From positions 2,720,001-2,784,000 of the forward strand of contig OZ220741.1 in NCBI GenBank assembly GCA_965116885.1: a stretch of 64,000 nucleotides of DNA. Direction: 5' to 3'. Each line of letters opens with the position of its first letter. Positions within the stretch are counted from its first letter, which is position 1. Source of the DNA: Candidatus Latescibacterota bacterium. Its GTDB lineage: Bacteria; Latescibacterota; UBA2968. Both the position numbers and the translations under genes were made by a program. Below the pieces are notes generated by a model, which made no database searches, was not told where the DNA came from, and saw only the letters and a program-made list of their open reading frames with translations. Below, piece by piece: positions 37,492 to 47,120 of this stretch.

Positions 37492-38379
37492 TCACTTGTC
37501 ACTTGTCACTTCAATATCCAGCATGTTTTCAAAAATTTTGATGATGGCCCAGTTCGCTTCTTCGGGGTTCACGCTGATGCCCGCTTGAAACCACTCCGCT
37601 GCTGATGAGAGTGTGAAGAGGGGCACGCCACATTCGCGCCCCAGTGTTTTTGCGATTCCGAGGTCTTTGTACATTGTGCCAATGCGGCTTTGGCCCGCAA
37701 AATTTCGTTCCATGATGTTTTGTGTTGTGTCCCGGAATAAGAAGCTGCCGACCACACTCGTGTTGATGACTTCGTAGAGGGTTTCGGGTTTTACGCCGGC
37801 TTTTACGCCCAGTGATAGGGTTTCGAAGATGCCCGCATAGGTGACGCCTGTCAAGACGGCCAGACACGCTTTCACGGTTTGTCCGGCTCCGATTTCTTCG
37901 CCGACGTGGTAGATATTTTCTCCGACTGCGTTGAGAACTTCTGTCGCGTCCTCAAAAACCTCTCGCCGTGCTGCTACCATCATTGTCAGTGTGCCAGCCG
38001 CTGCGCCGGGTGCGCCACCGCTTACCGGGGCGTCTATGACGCGAATATTTCTCTCTTTTAGGCATTGTGCGATTTCGATTAACTCTGAACGCAAGATGGT
38101 TGCTGTGCAGATGAATGTCGATCCCGGTTTCATGCTGTTCAACAGACCATTGTTTAAGATCGCTTTAATTTGGTCGCCGTTCATGACCATGACGAATACG
38201 AAGTCCGCACGTTCACCCACTTCGCCTACATTTTTGGCTGCATAAGCCCCTTGTGCGACATAAGGTTCCAATTGTTCGGGGCGCAAATCATATACGACAA
38301 GCTCATGGCCGTTCTTCAAGATGTTTGCAGCCATCCCGCTGCCCATATCTCCGACACCGATCAACCCAACACGCGCCAT
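37492..38379 (-). CDS. NAD(P)-dependent oxidoreductase, 3-hydroxyisobutyrate / L-threonate dehydrogenase family
   Basis: VGLIGVGDMGSGMA, DAPVSGG, GTLTMM, GAGQTVK, KDL; start ATG 38379. Confidence 0.88.
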   Translation of the reverse strand: MARVGLIGVGDMGSGMAANILKNGHELVVYDLRPEQLEPYVAQGAYAAKNVGEVGERADFVFVMVMNGDQIKAILNNGLLNSMKPGSTFICTATILRSELIEIAQCLKERNIRVIDAPVSGGAPGAAAGTLTMMVAARREVFEDATEVLNAVGENIYHVGEEIGAGQTVKACLAVLTGVTYAGIFETLSLGVKAGVKPETLYEVINTSVVGSFLFRDTTQNIMERNFAGQSRIGTMYKDLGIAKTLGRECGVPLFTLSSAAEWFQAGISVNPEEANWAIIKIFENMLDIEVTSDK

Positions 38380-38468
38380 GTTTTTTCCTTTCGCATCTAA
38401 ATTTAGTTTGCTAATTAACAATAAACTACTAAACTCCATTGGTCAAACTTACACTACGGAGGCTTACA

Positions 38469-39347
38469 ATGGACAATATATATCTGAGATGGTGGGGGTG
38501 TGGTGCTTTCGACATTCTCTCGGGGGATGTCAATATCGCCATTGATCCGTATCTTTTCGGTGATAATCTAAATAGTGCCGAACCCATTTACGATTATATT
38601 TTTATTAGCCACGAACATTTTGACCACTGTCATCCCAAAACTCTGACGAAATTGTGCCGGGGGGATCGCTTCAAGAAACTCTTTGTCAATATCGGTTGTA
38701 TGACCCCAAACGAACCTGTTGACGAAAATTATGGCGATGCGGCTTTTTCTCGGGACCTGCCCATTAGCAAGCATATACCCGAGGAAAAAATCCAGGTACT
38801 CTTTCCCAAATATCGCACCGATGACGCGCGCACTTTTCCCGGTCCCTTTGCGTGTGACCTGGGTGCTGTGCAGGTAGAAGCTGTTGAAAGTGGTGAAAAT
38901 GCGCGGCCCGATTTACCTACCTGTGGTTATTTAATCACATATATAGAGAAAGATATTTCGTTCTATCACACCGGAGATCTTCACGCGACCTATCCCGCGC
39001 TCGGCAATCTGAAGGGCCGCGTGGATTATCTCATCCACATGAAAACAGGGCTGAAGAACTGGCCTGTTTTTTCAAGTCTTCTCGATCTCGTGCAGCCCCG
39101 ATTCTTGATTCCAACCCATTATCGAACAGATCGCAAAACCGATCCTATTCCCGAAGGACATTGGCCTCCCGATGTTACGGATGTAAATGCTTTTATCGAG
39201 AGTATCCGCGAGCACGCTGGCGACCGAACCCAAATTTTGCCTTTCACTGCGGGCATCCAGTACGAGATTGAATTGCCCAAGAAAAAAGTTGTGTGGGCGT
39301 GGGATTGGCACAATACATGGACTGTGCCCCCGTGGCGAGAGGGATAG
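38469..39347 (+). CDS. Metallo-beta-lactamase-fold hydrolase (UlaG-like)
   Basis: IDPY, SHEHFDH, YHTGD, IPTHY; ATG 38469 with GGAGG. Confidence 0.85.
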   Translation: MDNIYLRWWGCGAFDILSGDVNIAIDPYLFGDNLNSAEPIYDYIFISHEHFDHCHPKTLTKLCRGDRFKKLFVNIGCMTPNEPVDENYGDAAFSRDLPISKHIPEEKIQVLFPKYRTDDARTFPGPFACDLGAVQVEAVESGENARPDLPTCGYLITYIEKDISFYHTGDLHATYPALGNLKGRVDYLIHMKTGLKNWPVFSSLLDLVQPRFLIPTHYRTDRKTDPIPEGHWPPDVTDVNAFIESIREHAGDRTQILPFTAGIQYEIELPKKKVVWAWDWHNTWTVPPWREG

Positions 39348-39359
39348 ATCTCTGAAATT

Positions 39360-40124
39360 TTACACGCGATCTTTCAACTGATATGCAATCGCGTAAAATG
39401 CCATTGAGTTACCCGTGCGATTTGGCTCGCTGCGATGCCAGGTGTAATTTGTGAAGAAGAGGCCGTCGCCCGGTTTCATTTCGACCAGGACTTCATCGGA
39501 GTAATCGATCTGATTCAGGGGGATGCGGTGGCGCTTAAACGGTTCATGGGTTTCGTCGCCATTCACACGGGATTTTCTGAACATCGGCGGGTCGTCGTAA
39601 TAAGATTCGTGCGGTACGAGTTCCCAGCCGATATGGCTGCGCGGCATGACCGATAATGCGATGGCGTTCTTTCCGACTTCTTGCATCGGGATCCAGCAGT
39701 TGCAACCCAATTCGGGATCGATTTTCCAGTACCACGAGTCCTGGTGAAAATAACTGCATCCACCTTGCTCAGTGTCAATCCATCCGTGTTTAACCCCTAT
39801 CTGATCTGTGAAGAGTTCTACATCGCCGCCCAAAACTCCCGCCATTGCATTCGCCATGTTGCTGTGTTCTGCGACCGTGGTAAATACCTTTTCTTCCAGG
39901 CCCGGACGTTGAATGCCCTTGGGCACTGGTTCGCCTGAAGAGGCGCGATATATTTCGGGATTGAGAACTTGAAATCTGCCCTTTTTCCAATCTGGCGGAT
40001 GATCTACTATTTCCCGTACTCGCGCCCAGGCGTTTGCCATGAGTTCGGCGGGGATCAATCCCTCCACATGGCAGTATCCTTCTTCTCGATACTGTTGGAT
40101 ATGTTGTTCGGTGACGGTGCTCAT
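39360..40124 (-). CDS. Phytanoyl-CoA dioxygenase family protein
   Basis: YREEGY, FHQDS, PGDGLFF..TWHRSEPN. Confidence 0.88.
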   Translation of the reverse strand: MSTVTEQHIQQYREEGYCHVEGLIPAELMANAWARVREIVDHPPDWKKGRFQVLNPEIYRASSGEPVPKGIQRPGLEEKVFTTVAEHSNMANAMAGVLGGDVELFTDQIGVKHGWIDTEQGGCSYFHQDSWYWKIDPELGCNCWIPMQEVGKNAIALSVMPRSHIGWELVPHESYYDDPPMFRKSRVNGDETHEPFKRHRIPLNQIDYSDEVLVEMKPGDGLFFTNYTWHRSEPNRTGNSMAFYAIAYQLKDRV

Positions 40125-40129
40125 TTTTT

Positions 40130-40924
40130 TTACTCGCTTATCCAGTGTCGGAACAGGGGTTTCGCGTTTTCTGGCAATTCCTCGTAAACCTGGCGGGGTA
40201 CTGGTTCCTGGTCGTTGTCGATCAAGCCGGTTTCATCCACCATCATTTTGCGTTCTTCAGATCCCGGCATCAATACGCGCGTGTTCAACCACCAGGGGGC
40301 GTAGCGAACGACAACGGATACCCGGTCCTCTTGCGATTGATTGGGGGCGGTTGCGTGCCATATCCGACTGTCCAGCACGAGGACACTTCCCGCTGGACCC
40401 GTTGCATTCATTTCGGTTGAATAAGGTTCGAGCGGATCTACATCTATATTTCCGGTTGGATTATTCGACCATCGGTGGCTGCCCGGCACGATCAATGTGC
40501 CGCCATTCTCATGGGTAAAAGGAGATAACATCCACAGGGTTGTGAGATGCATTACCGCATCTGGATAAGGTGCAAGCACATGTGAGGCGTTGATCTGATT
40601 AAACGGCCAGTCTGCATGCCATCTGCCCCGTGGATTGCCCGAGCGATTGATGGTCGCTGAGACATAAGACACTTTGACAAAGGAGCCAAAAAGTGCTTCG
40701 AGGATAGCCATCAGCCTTGCGTCTGCGAGATAGGGCGCGAGGGACTGGTCATAGCGTATAAATCCCGGCACGTGTCCGATGCCCTGTTCTGCGGCCTTCG
40801 CTCTGCCGTGTGTCCCGGTCGAATGCCATACGTGATCGCGTATTGCATCTACCTCATCTTCTGGGATTACGCCTTCTATTACGGTCCATCCGTCTCTGCG
40901 GATTCGGTTTAGATCGGTATTCAT
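40130..40924 (-). CDS. Phytanoyl-CoA dioxygenase family protein
   Basis: RDGWTVIE, WHADW, NGGT..VPGSH, IWHAT; start probably ATG 40924. Confidence 0.88.
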   Translation of the reverse strand: MNTDLNRIRRDGWTVIEGVIPEDEVDAIRDHVWHSTGTHGRAKAAEQGIGHVPGFIRYDQSLAPYLADARLMAILEALFGSFVKVSYVSATINRSGNPRGRWHADWPFNQINASHVLAPYPDAVMHLTTLWMLSPFTHENGGTLIVPGSHRWSNNPTGNIDVDPLEPYSTEMNATGPAGSVLVLDSRIWHATAPNQSQEDRVSVVVRYAPWWLNTRVLMPGSEERKMMVDETGLIDNDQEPVPRQVYEELPENAKPLFRHWISE

Positions 40925-40934
40925 TGCGTGTCCC

Positions 40935-42026
40935 TCAAACATCAAATATGATGATCTGCCGGGCGACTCCGCCCGCGATCAGGGCCTTGAACGCGTTGTC
41001 GATGTCATTCAGGGATATATTGTGTGAGATCATTTCGTCGAGTTTGAGATTGCCCATGAGATACATATCTACATACCGCGGCATATCTACGCGAAAGCGA
41101 TTGGATCCCATGCTTGATCCCTGAATTTTGCGCTCGCGCAAAAAGTTGTGTCCTGTAAGTTCAATTTTAACGCCCTGGGGAATCATGCCAATTATCGTGG
41201 CGGTGCCGCCTTCTTCGAGCATGTAAAAACACTGTTCCGCAGTCTGTTTCAATCCCACGGCTTCAAAAGAGTTGGCCACGCCTTTTCCGCCGGTCAGATC
41301 CATTATTTGCTCAACGGGATCGCCATCGTTGGCATTGACCAGGTCTGTTGCACCCAATTCTCGGGCCAGTTGCAGTTTGGAAGAGACGGTATCTACTGCA
41401 ATAATACGCCCTGCGCCACCTATTCGCGCACCCTGTACAGCACTCAGGCCAATGCCACCACATCCGACAACGGCAACTGTGCTGCCCGGTTCTACTTTGG
41501 CGGTATTGAGCGCGGCGCCAACACCGGTTGTTACGCCACATCCGATCAGGGCAGCTTTGTCCAGCGGCATGTCTTCGCGGACTTTGCATACTGCATTTTC
41601 GTGTACCAACAACTGTTCTGCATAAGAGGCGAGGTTTGCAAATTGGAAGAACGCTTGACCATCCTGGGACAGGCGCGGTTTATCTGTCTCTTTGCGCTGT
41701 GTCGATTCTCTGTCTTCACATAGATTTGGACGCCCGGTGGTGCAGTAGCGACAATGTCCGCAAAAGACCGATAGACAGGTGATTACATGGTCGCCGGGTT
41801 TTACATAGGTCACGTCTGGCCCGACTGCCTCTACAATACCCGCTGATTCGTGGCCGAGTACGGCAGGTAGCTCGCAGGTATAATGCCCTTGCTGATAATG
41901 AACATCGCTGTGACAGACCCCCGCGGCGGCGGTGCGAATTAAGACTTCGCGTCCGATTGGGTCGGCAATTGCGACGTCTTCTACACTTATCGGCTGATGT
42001 GCTTCGCGCAAAACAGCAGCTTTCAT
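40935..42026 (-). CDS. Zn-dependent alcohol dehydrogenase (class III-like)
   Basis: GVCHSD, GHE.AG.VE, CGHCRYC..C, GCGVTTG, GCGGIG. Confidence 0.92.
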   Translation of the reverse strand: MKAAVLREAHQPISVEDVAIADPIGREVLIRTAAAGVCHSDVHYQQGHYTCELPAVLGHESAGIVEAVGPDVTYVKPGDHVITCLSVFCGHCRYCTTGRPNLCEDRESTQRKETDKPRLSQDGQAFFQFANLASYAEQLLVHENAVCKVREDMPLDKAALIGCGVTTGVGAALNTAKVEPGSTVAVVGCGGIGLSAVQGARIGGAGRIIAVDTVSSKLQLARELGATDLVNANDGDPVEQIMDLTGGKGVANSFEAVGLKQTAEQCFYMLEEGGTATIIGMIPQGVKIELTGHNFLRERKIQGSSMGSNRFRVDMPRYVDMYLMGNLKLDEMISHNISLNDIDNAFKALIAGGVARQIIIFDV

Positions 42027-42045
42027 GGTGGACCTCCTGTTGTTC

Positions 42046-42130
42046 TGACCCCTCCCCCGGCCCCTCCCCGAAACGGGGAGGGGAGACCTGATCCCCCCTT
42101 CCTCGTAGGAAGGGGGTTAGGGGGTAGGTC
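42046..42130. repeat. GC-rich double-hairpin REP/MITE-like element
   Basis: cccctccccg-aaa-cggggagggg and cccccttcct-cgt-aggaaggggg inside imperfect inverted ends gacccctcccc / gggggtaggtc. Confidence 0.75.
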
Positions 42131-42176
42131 CTGATAAATTTAAAACAGCTCCTATGGAAGCTATGTCATCTCCTGT

Positions 42177-43697
42177 TTATCGTCCTTCTTCTTCCCAGCG
42201 GCGAATTACAATTTTGGGATCGAAGTAGGTGTTGTTCGGATAAAAATCGGGCAGCGATGAGCGATCCCCCTGTATTGCACCTTCCAGATGCAATAGTGCG
42301 AGTGGTAGCGCGGTATCGATATTCGTTTCGCCTTCCCGACTATCTGAGACAATCAGGCCATTTACCTGATATTGCCGCAGCAATTGTTCTCCGAGAGAGG
42401 TGGCGGATTGCAGTAGCGCATTATCGCCTGTTGCCGAGTGGAGTTCTAATAAACCGAATAATGCACAGACGTCGTTTTGTCCTTTGTTTACCCACGCTTC
42501 ATCACTTGCAGGCGATCCACCAGTTCCAAAATCCACAGGCGCGTTTAAGTCACCCCAGCCCATCCCCTGGGCTAAGGAAAAAGCCATTTCTCGAAAACGA
42601 TCAATGCCGGTCAGATGGTATGCCCGCGCGTAAGATAAGAACATCAGTCCATTTGCAGGGACTTTTCTCAGTTTTGTGGGCGGACAATAGCCGATTCCTT
42701 CATTGCTATTTTCTGGATAGAGGCGGGTGCCGTCATTGATTGCGGGATAAAAGCTGTGGTCGTCGATATTATAACAGTGGGTTGCCAGGGCTTCTAAATC
42801 CGCGGTTACCACATCGAGAAATGCTTTGCCTTTTTCACTGCCCAGGATTTCCGCGGCGTTGAGAAAGGTGACGGCGGCTCGTCCGTATCGAACCTGGATC
42901 ACGCCGTTGGTGATAACTGTTACTTCGTTGATATCTGTCCGTTCGCTAAACGGCGGTTTGAACGACTCCCGGACCCGACAGGGGTCGCGGTGATTAAACT
43001 GATATCCCGCCAATCCCACCTCGGGGTGTCGAATTTGATCGTATCGGGAAAGTAGATGTTTTGCCCATCTCAAGGGCGTTTCATCGCCTGAGAGTGCGTG
43101 TAGCATTGCCCCGCTCAGGATTAAATCGCTTCCCGTGTTGACAAAGGAGAGCGCGGTATTTTCCACAATTGGCAATGGGCTTCCTTCAAATTCCACATCC
43201 CACTTTTCTTCCCACGCTTCGTAGATTCCGTGTCGGTTAAAGAGCAAGGTGGGCCAATCCCAGATATGCGCGTGCCAGACGGCTTTGATAAAGCGGCGCA
43301 TGCGTTCGGGATGAACTTTATAGAGGTACGCATAATGCGGATAGACGCACTTCATTTCGTGATTGCCCAGTACTGGCGCGTCTGTTAAGAGATCGTAACT
43401 GGTATGGCCGCCCCAGTAAAATAGGTCGGATTCCGGATCGTGAATTTTATCCAGCGCACAGCCAATCCATTCGTCTGCCCGTCTGTGGTATTTGTCGTTC
43501 CCTGTTAGTGTTCCCAATGCATCCAGCACCCGCAAAAAATTCTGCTGACACGCGAGATTGGACAGCATATTTCCCTCCCATATCAGCGGCTGTGCGGCTG
43601 ATAGGTCGAGTCCGTCTGCCAGTAACGCCCTATCTTTGTGTGTACAGCGCGCAAATACTTCCTGTACGTGTTTATCTACTGCATCGATAAATCCCAT
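42177..43697 (-). CDS. Polysaccharide lyase family 2-like (PelW-like, no signal peptide)
   Basis: LLADG, SNLACQQNFLR, FYWGGH, HEMK..YP.Y, FNRHG, LSFVNTGSDLI. Confidence 0.75.
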   Translation of the reverse strand: MGFIDAVDKHVQEVFARCTHKDRALLADGLDLSAAQPLIWEGNMLSNLACQQNFLRVLDALGTLTGNDKYHRRADEWIGCALDKIHDPESDLFYWGGHTSYDLLTDAPVLGNHEMKCVYPHYAYLYKVHPERMRRFIKAVWHAHIWDWPTLLFNRHGIYEAWEEKWDVEFEGSPLPIVENTALSFVNTGSDLILSGAMLHALSGDETPLRWAKHLLSRYDQIRHPEVGLAGYQFNHRDPCRVRESFKPPFSERTDINEVTVITNGVIQVRYGRAAVTFLNAAEILGSEKGKAFLDVVTADLEALATHCYNIDDHSFYPAINDGTRLYPENSNEGIGYCPPTKLRKVPANGLMFLSYARAYHLTGIDRFREMAFSLAQGMGWGDLNAPVDFGTGGSPASDEAWVNKGQNDVCALFGLLELHSATGDNALLQSATSLGEQLLRQYQVNGLIVSDSREGETNIDTALPLALLHLEGAIQGDRSSLPDFYPNNTYFDPKIVIRRWEEEGR

Positions 43698-43852
43698 GAT
43701 TGTTCTCCTTGTCCCGGTTAAAACAATTATAGCTCCAATAGACGAAATATCAAAGTGCTCTCACATCCGCTCAACAATCGACTTGACATTGTTTATCACA
43801 GCAAGCATAAATACGTCTCACTTTTTATTTACCAACTACTTTTGGAGGTCAC

Positions 43853-44803
43853 ATGTTAAAAGCCGGATTTATCGGAGCTGGGGGACGCAGTCAGGGCGCG
43901 CATTATCCAAATGTTCATCGCCTGGAGCGTGATGTCGAGATGTGCGCGGTTTGCGAACTCGATGAGGAACGCCTGGATCAGGTTGCAAAAAAATACGAGT
44001 TTCCGCAAGTATATACAGATCACAAGAAGATGCTCGATGAAGCCGACCTCGATGTGATCTATTGCGTTATGAATGAAAAATGGATTTTGCAGACGGCTAT
44101 TGATTGTATGAATGCGGGCAAACACATTTTTATTGAAAAACCACCCGGCGCGAATCTCGAAGAGACCGAGCAATTGCTCGAAGCGGCTGTGTCCAATAAT
44201 GTGTTCGCTATGGTTGGGTTTCAGCGGCGTTATACAGCGGTTACGCGCGAGGCCATGCGCCTCGTGGCAGAAAAAGGTCCCGTTTCATCCATTGTTACGA
44301 CATTTAACAAACAGATGCTCGGTGGCGATGGCAAAGAATTTACTTCTACATTGTGGAATGATGTCTGCCATATTGTCGATCTCACGCGCTATATGGCCGG
44401 GAGTGAACCCGTGGAGGTGTCCGCCTATCAGGACAAATTTGGTGGGGAGAGCTATAATAATTACACGGCTCTCATACGCTTTGAGAATAATGCAACGGGT
44501 GTCATTTTGGGCAATCGCGCTTCTGGTGGGCGCGTGCTGCGCTCTGAATTGCACGGCGTGGGTATTGGGTGTTATATGAAGATTCCCCAGGAAATCGAGA
44601 TTCACGAAGACAATCAGGTGCGTACCCTGGGGGGATGGGAGATTGATGGTGGGGAGGAGGAAGATGTCGCCAGTTACGAGGGCGTTTTGACGATGCACCA
44701 GCATTTTGTCGATTGTATCAATAAAAACGAGGTGCCTCACAACGACCTGCGAGATGTTATCCATTCCATCCGTCTGGTGGATCAACTCGAAGCTAAGGAG
44801 TAA
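43853..44803 (+). CDS. Gfo/Idh/MocA family oxidoreductase
   Basis: GFIGAGG, FIEKPP, VGFQRRY, HIVD. Confidence 0.88.
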   Translation: MLKAGFIGAGGRSQGAHYPNVHRLERDVEMCAVCELDEERLDQVAKKYEFPQVYTDHKKMLDEADLDVIYCVMNEKWILQTAIDCMNAGKHIFIEKPPGANLEETEQLLEAAVSNNVFAMVGFQRRYTAVTREAMRLVAEKGPVSSIVTTFNKQMLGGDGKEFTSTLWNDVCHIVDLTRYMAGSEPVEVSAYQDKFGGESYNNYTALIRFENNATGVILGNRASGGRVLRSELHGVGIGCYMKIPQEIEIHEDNQVRTLGGWEIDGGEEEDVASYEGVLTMHQHFVDCINKNEVPHNDLRDVIHSIRLVDQLEAKE

Positions 44804-45786
44804 ATGTGCTCGGGTGAGTCAACGAGTTCGCCCGCAGCCTCTAATACTTCGATGCCCGCATCTTTTTTGTATGCGTTTTCGCTGATGTATCGCCGCCAGG
44901 CTTTTGCACCCGGTACACCGGTAAATAGCCCTATGAGATGTCGCGCTATATGGTGCAAGCGCGTACCGCGTTTGAGTTGGTGGGAAATGTATGGCAAATA
45001 CGCGTGCAAAATTTCATGCCGAGATGGTATTGGGCGTGTTTCGCCAAAAAATCGATGGTCGGCATCGGATAGAAAATAGGGGTTTGAGTAGGCTTCCCGC
45101 CCGATCATCACGCCATCGACATGCGCCAGATGTTCGGCGGCTTCGTCGAGCGATGTAATCCCCCCGTTGATCACGACGTTCAGATCTGGAAAGTCGCGTT
45201 TGATGCGATAGACTATGTCGTAAGACAATGGGGGAATTTCTCTGTTTTCTTTGGGACTCAGACCCTGAAGCCATGCTTTGCGGGCGTGAAACGCAAAGAT
45301 ACGGCATCCCGATTCGGCAACGGTCTGGACAAAATGCACCAGTTCTTCGTAAGAGTCGCGATTGTCAACGCCAATTCGCGTTTTCACGGTTACGGGAATA
45401 TTCACCGCGTCGCGCATTGCGCTTACACCATCGCGCACCCGTTCGGGGTCTTTCATCAAATACGCCCCAAAAAGTCCTGATTGCACGCGGTCGCTCGGGC
45501 ATCCCACATTTAGATTGATCTCATCATATCCCCAGTCTTCACCCACTCTGGCGCACAGTGCGAGGTCGGCGGGGTCGCTTCCGCCCAGTTGCAGTGCTAT
45601 GGGGTGTTCAATCGGATCAAATCCCAATAAACGCGTGCGGTCGCCGTGTATGATTGCGCCGGTGGCAACCATTTCGGTGTATAGCAAAACCCGTTTGGTG
45701 ATCAGGCGCAAAAAATACCGCTCGTGCCGATCTGTACAATCCATCATGGGCGCGATTGAAAATCGCCTGCTATGTCCAATAGCCAT
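44782..45786 (-). CDS. dusA: tRNA-dihydrouridine synthase DusA
   Basis: RFSIAPMMDCTDRH, LYTEMV, LQLGGSDP, NLNVGCPSDRVQSG, HARKAWLQGLSPKENREIPPL. Confidence 0.95.
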   Translation of the reverse strand: MAIGHSRRFSIAPMMDCTDRHERYFLRLITKRVLLYTEMVATGAIIHGDRTRLLGFDPIEHPIALQLGGSDPADLALCARVGEDWGYDEINLNVGCPSDRVQSGLFGAYLMKDPERVRDGVSAMRDAVNIPVTVKTRIGVDNRDSYEELVHFVQTVAESGCRIFAFHARKAWLQGLSPKENREIPPLSYDIVYRIKRDFPDLNVVINGGITSLDEAAEHLAHVDGVMIGREAYSNPYFLSDADHRFFGETRPIPSRHEILHAYLPYISHQLKRGTRLHHIARHLIGLFTGVPGAKAWRRYISENAYKKDAGIEVLEAAGELVDSPEHIYSLASS

Positions 45787-45798
45787 ATAAAAACTCAA

Positions 45799-45838
45799 TA
45801 AAAAAACGAGTCGATCACATGGGCAACCGACTCGTTTT
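45799..45838 (-). terminator. Intrinsic terminator after the hydroxypyruvate reductase gene
   Basis: aaaacgagtcg-loop-cgactcgtttt with a T tract on the minus strand. Confidence 0.7.
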
Positions 45839-45857
45839 GGATTAATACCAGTGTTTG

Positions 45858-47003
45858 TTATGCATAAGCGGAAAGCCCGACTTCACTTGCATTGACAATA
45901 CTGGGGGCTGCCTGCGGCGGGTTGTCGCCGAGGAAGGGCAACACATCGTCCGGGTCTTGCCATGCGCCATATCCATTCAGAACACCAGCCACATTTGAGG
46001 CCGCCAAAGTGGCCATTCCCGAACGGGTCCAGATGGTCGCCGATGCAATATGTGGCACAATGACCACATTGGGCAACTCTTTAAGCCCGGGTTTCATCAG
46101 GGGTTCGTCTTCAAACACATCGAGGCCGACTTTGAAATCGGGATGGGTTTTGCAGTGTTCGACCAGGGCGACTTCGTCAATGACCGGGCCTCGGCTGGCG
46201 TTGATGAGAATCGCATTGTCCTTCATCAGTGAAAGACGCTCGGTATTCATCAAGTGGAAGGTGGTGTCATCCAATAGCGGGTGCAAGCTCACCACGTCTG
46301 CAACCCTCAATACGTCTTCGACCGAGTCCAAACGCCGGCAGGTTACGGGTTCATCGCCCTGAGCTTTTAAGAATTCGCCATAAGCAGCGATGTAATTTTC
46401 CATGTATTCATTGGGATATGGGTCAAAATAGACCACGTTCATCTTGAACCCTTCGGACATCATTTTGGCATACGCACAGCCGATGCGACCAGCGCCGATT
46501 ACGCCGACTGTTTTCCCGGTCATCAATTCACCCAGATAAAGCGTGGGCAACCAGCCGTGATATTTTTCGGCGCGCATAAAAGCATCGGCTTCGATTACCC
46601 GCCGCGCCGCTGAAAAGGTGAGGGAGATGGCCATTTCCGCGGTGGTTTCGGTCAATACGCCCGGGGTATTGCCCACTGGTATGCCGTATTTTGTCGCTAT
46701 GCCAACATCCACATTATTGTATCCCACAGCATAGTTGGAATACGCTTTGCCACCTGCATTCTTGAGGACGGTGAATAGTTCTTCTCCCCACTTTTCCGTC
46801 AACTGTCCGATTACGCCATCGCATTGATCGCCGATTTTGTCTGCGATCTCTTCGACACTCAAAATTTCCGTTGATGTGCCAATCTCTATGCGGCAGTCAG
46901 CGGCCGTGAGAATCTCAAGCCAACGGTCGCCAGGCAATTCTTTGGTTACGACTACGCGCTTGCTGCCCGATTCGTTGTGTGTTCTCCAGTCATTGGTGCT
47001 CAA
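45858..47003 (-). CDS. Hydroxypyruvate reductase / D-glycerate dehydrogenase, plant HPR1-like
   Basis: CDGVIGQLTE.WGE, SNYAVGYNNVDV, GNTPGVLTETTAE, GAGRIG, EGFKMN, VPHIASA; TTG start with AAGGAGG. Confidence 0.9.
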   Translation of the reverse strand: MSTNDWRTHNESGSKRVVVTKELPGDRWLEILTAADCRIEIGTSTEILSVEEIADKIGDQCDGVIGQLTEKWGEELFTVLKNAGGKAYSNYAVGYNNVDVGIATKYGIPVGNTPGVLTETTAEMAISLTFSAARRVIEADAFMRAEKYHGWLPTLYLGELMTGKTVGVIGAGRIGCAYAKMMSEGFKMNVVYFDPYPNEYMENYIAAYGEFLKAQGDEPVTCRRLDSVEDVLRVADVVSLHPLLDDTTFHLMNTERLSLMKDNAILINASRGPVIDEVALVEHCKTHPDFKVGLDVFEDEPLMKPGLKELPNVVIVPHIASATIWTRSGMATLAASNVAGVLNGYGAWQDPDDVLPFLGDNPPQAAPSIVNASEVGLSAYA

Positions 47004-47120
47004 AATACATCCTCCTTATAAGTATGCGTTCTGTTCAGAAAATTGCGAATGTGAAATATAACCAACCAGATCGTTTGTTTCAAGAAAATCTCGTTTTGCG
47101 TTAGAGGCTGGCGGTTGGTA

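Noticed and set aside
44782..45798. dusA-associated genomic island
   Set aside because: dusA is intact, with no integrase and no duplicated dusA 5' segment in the window.
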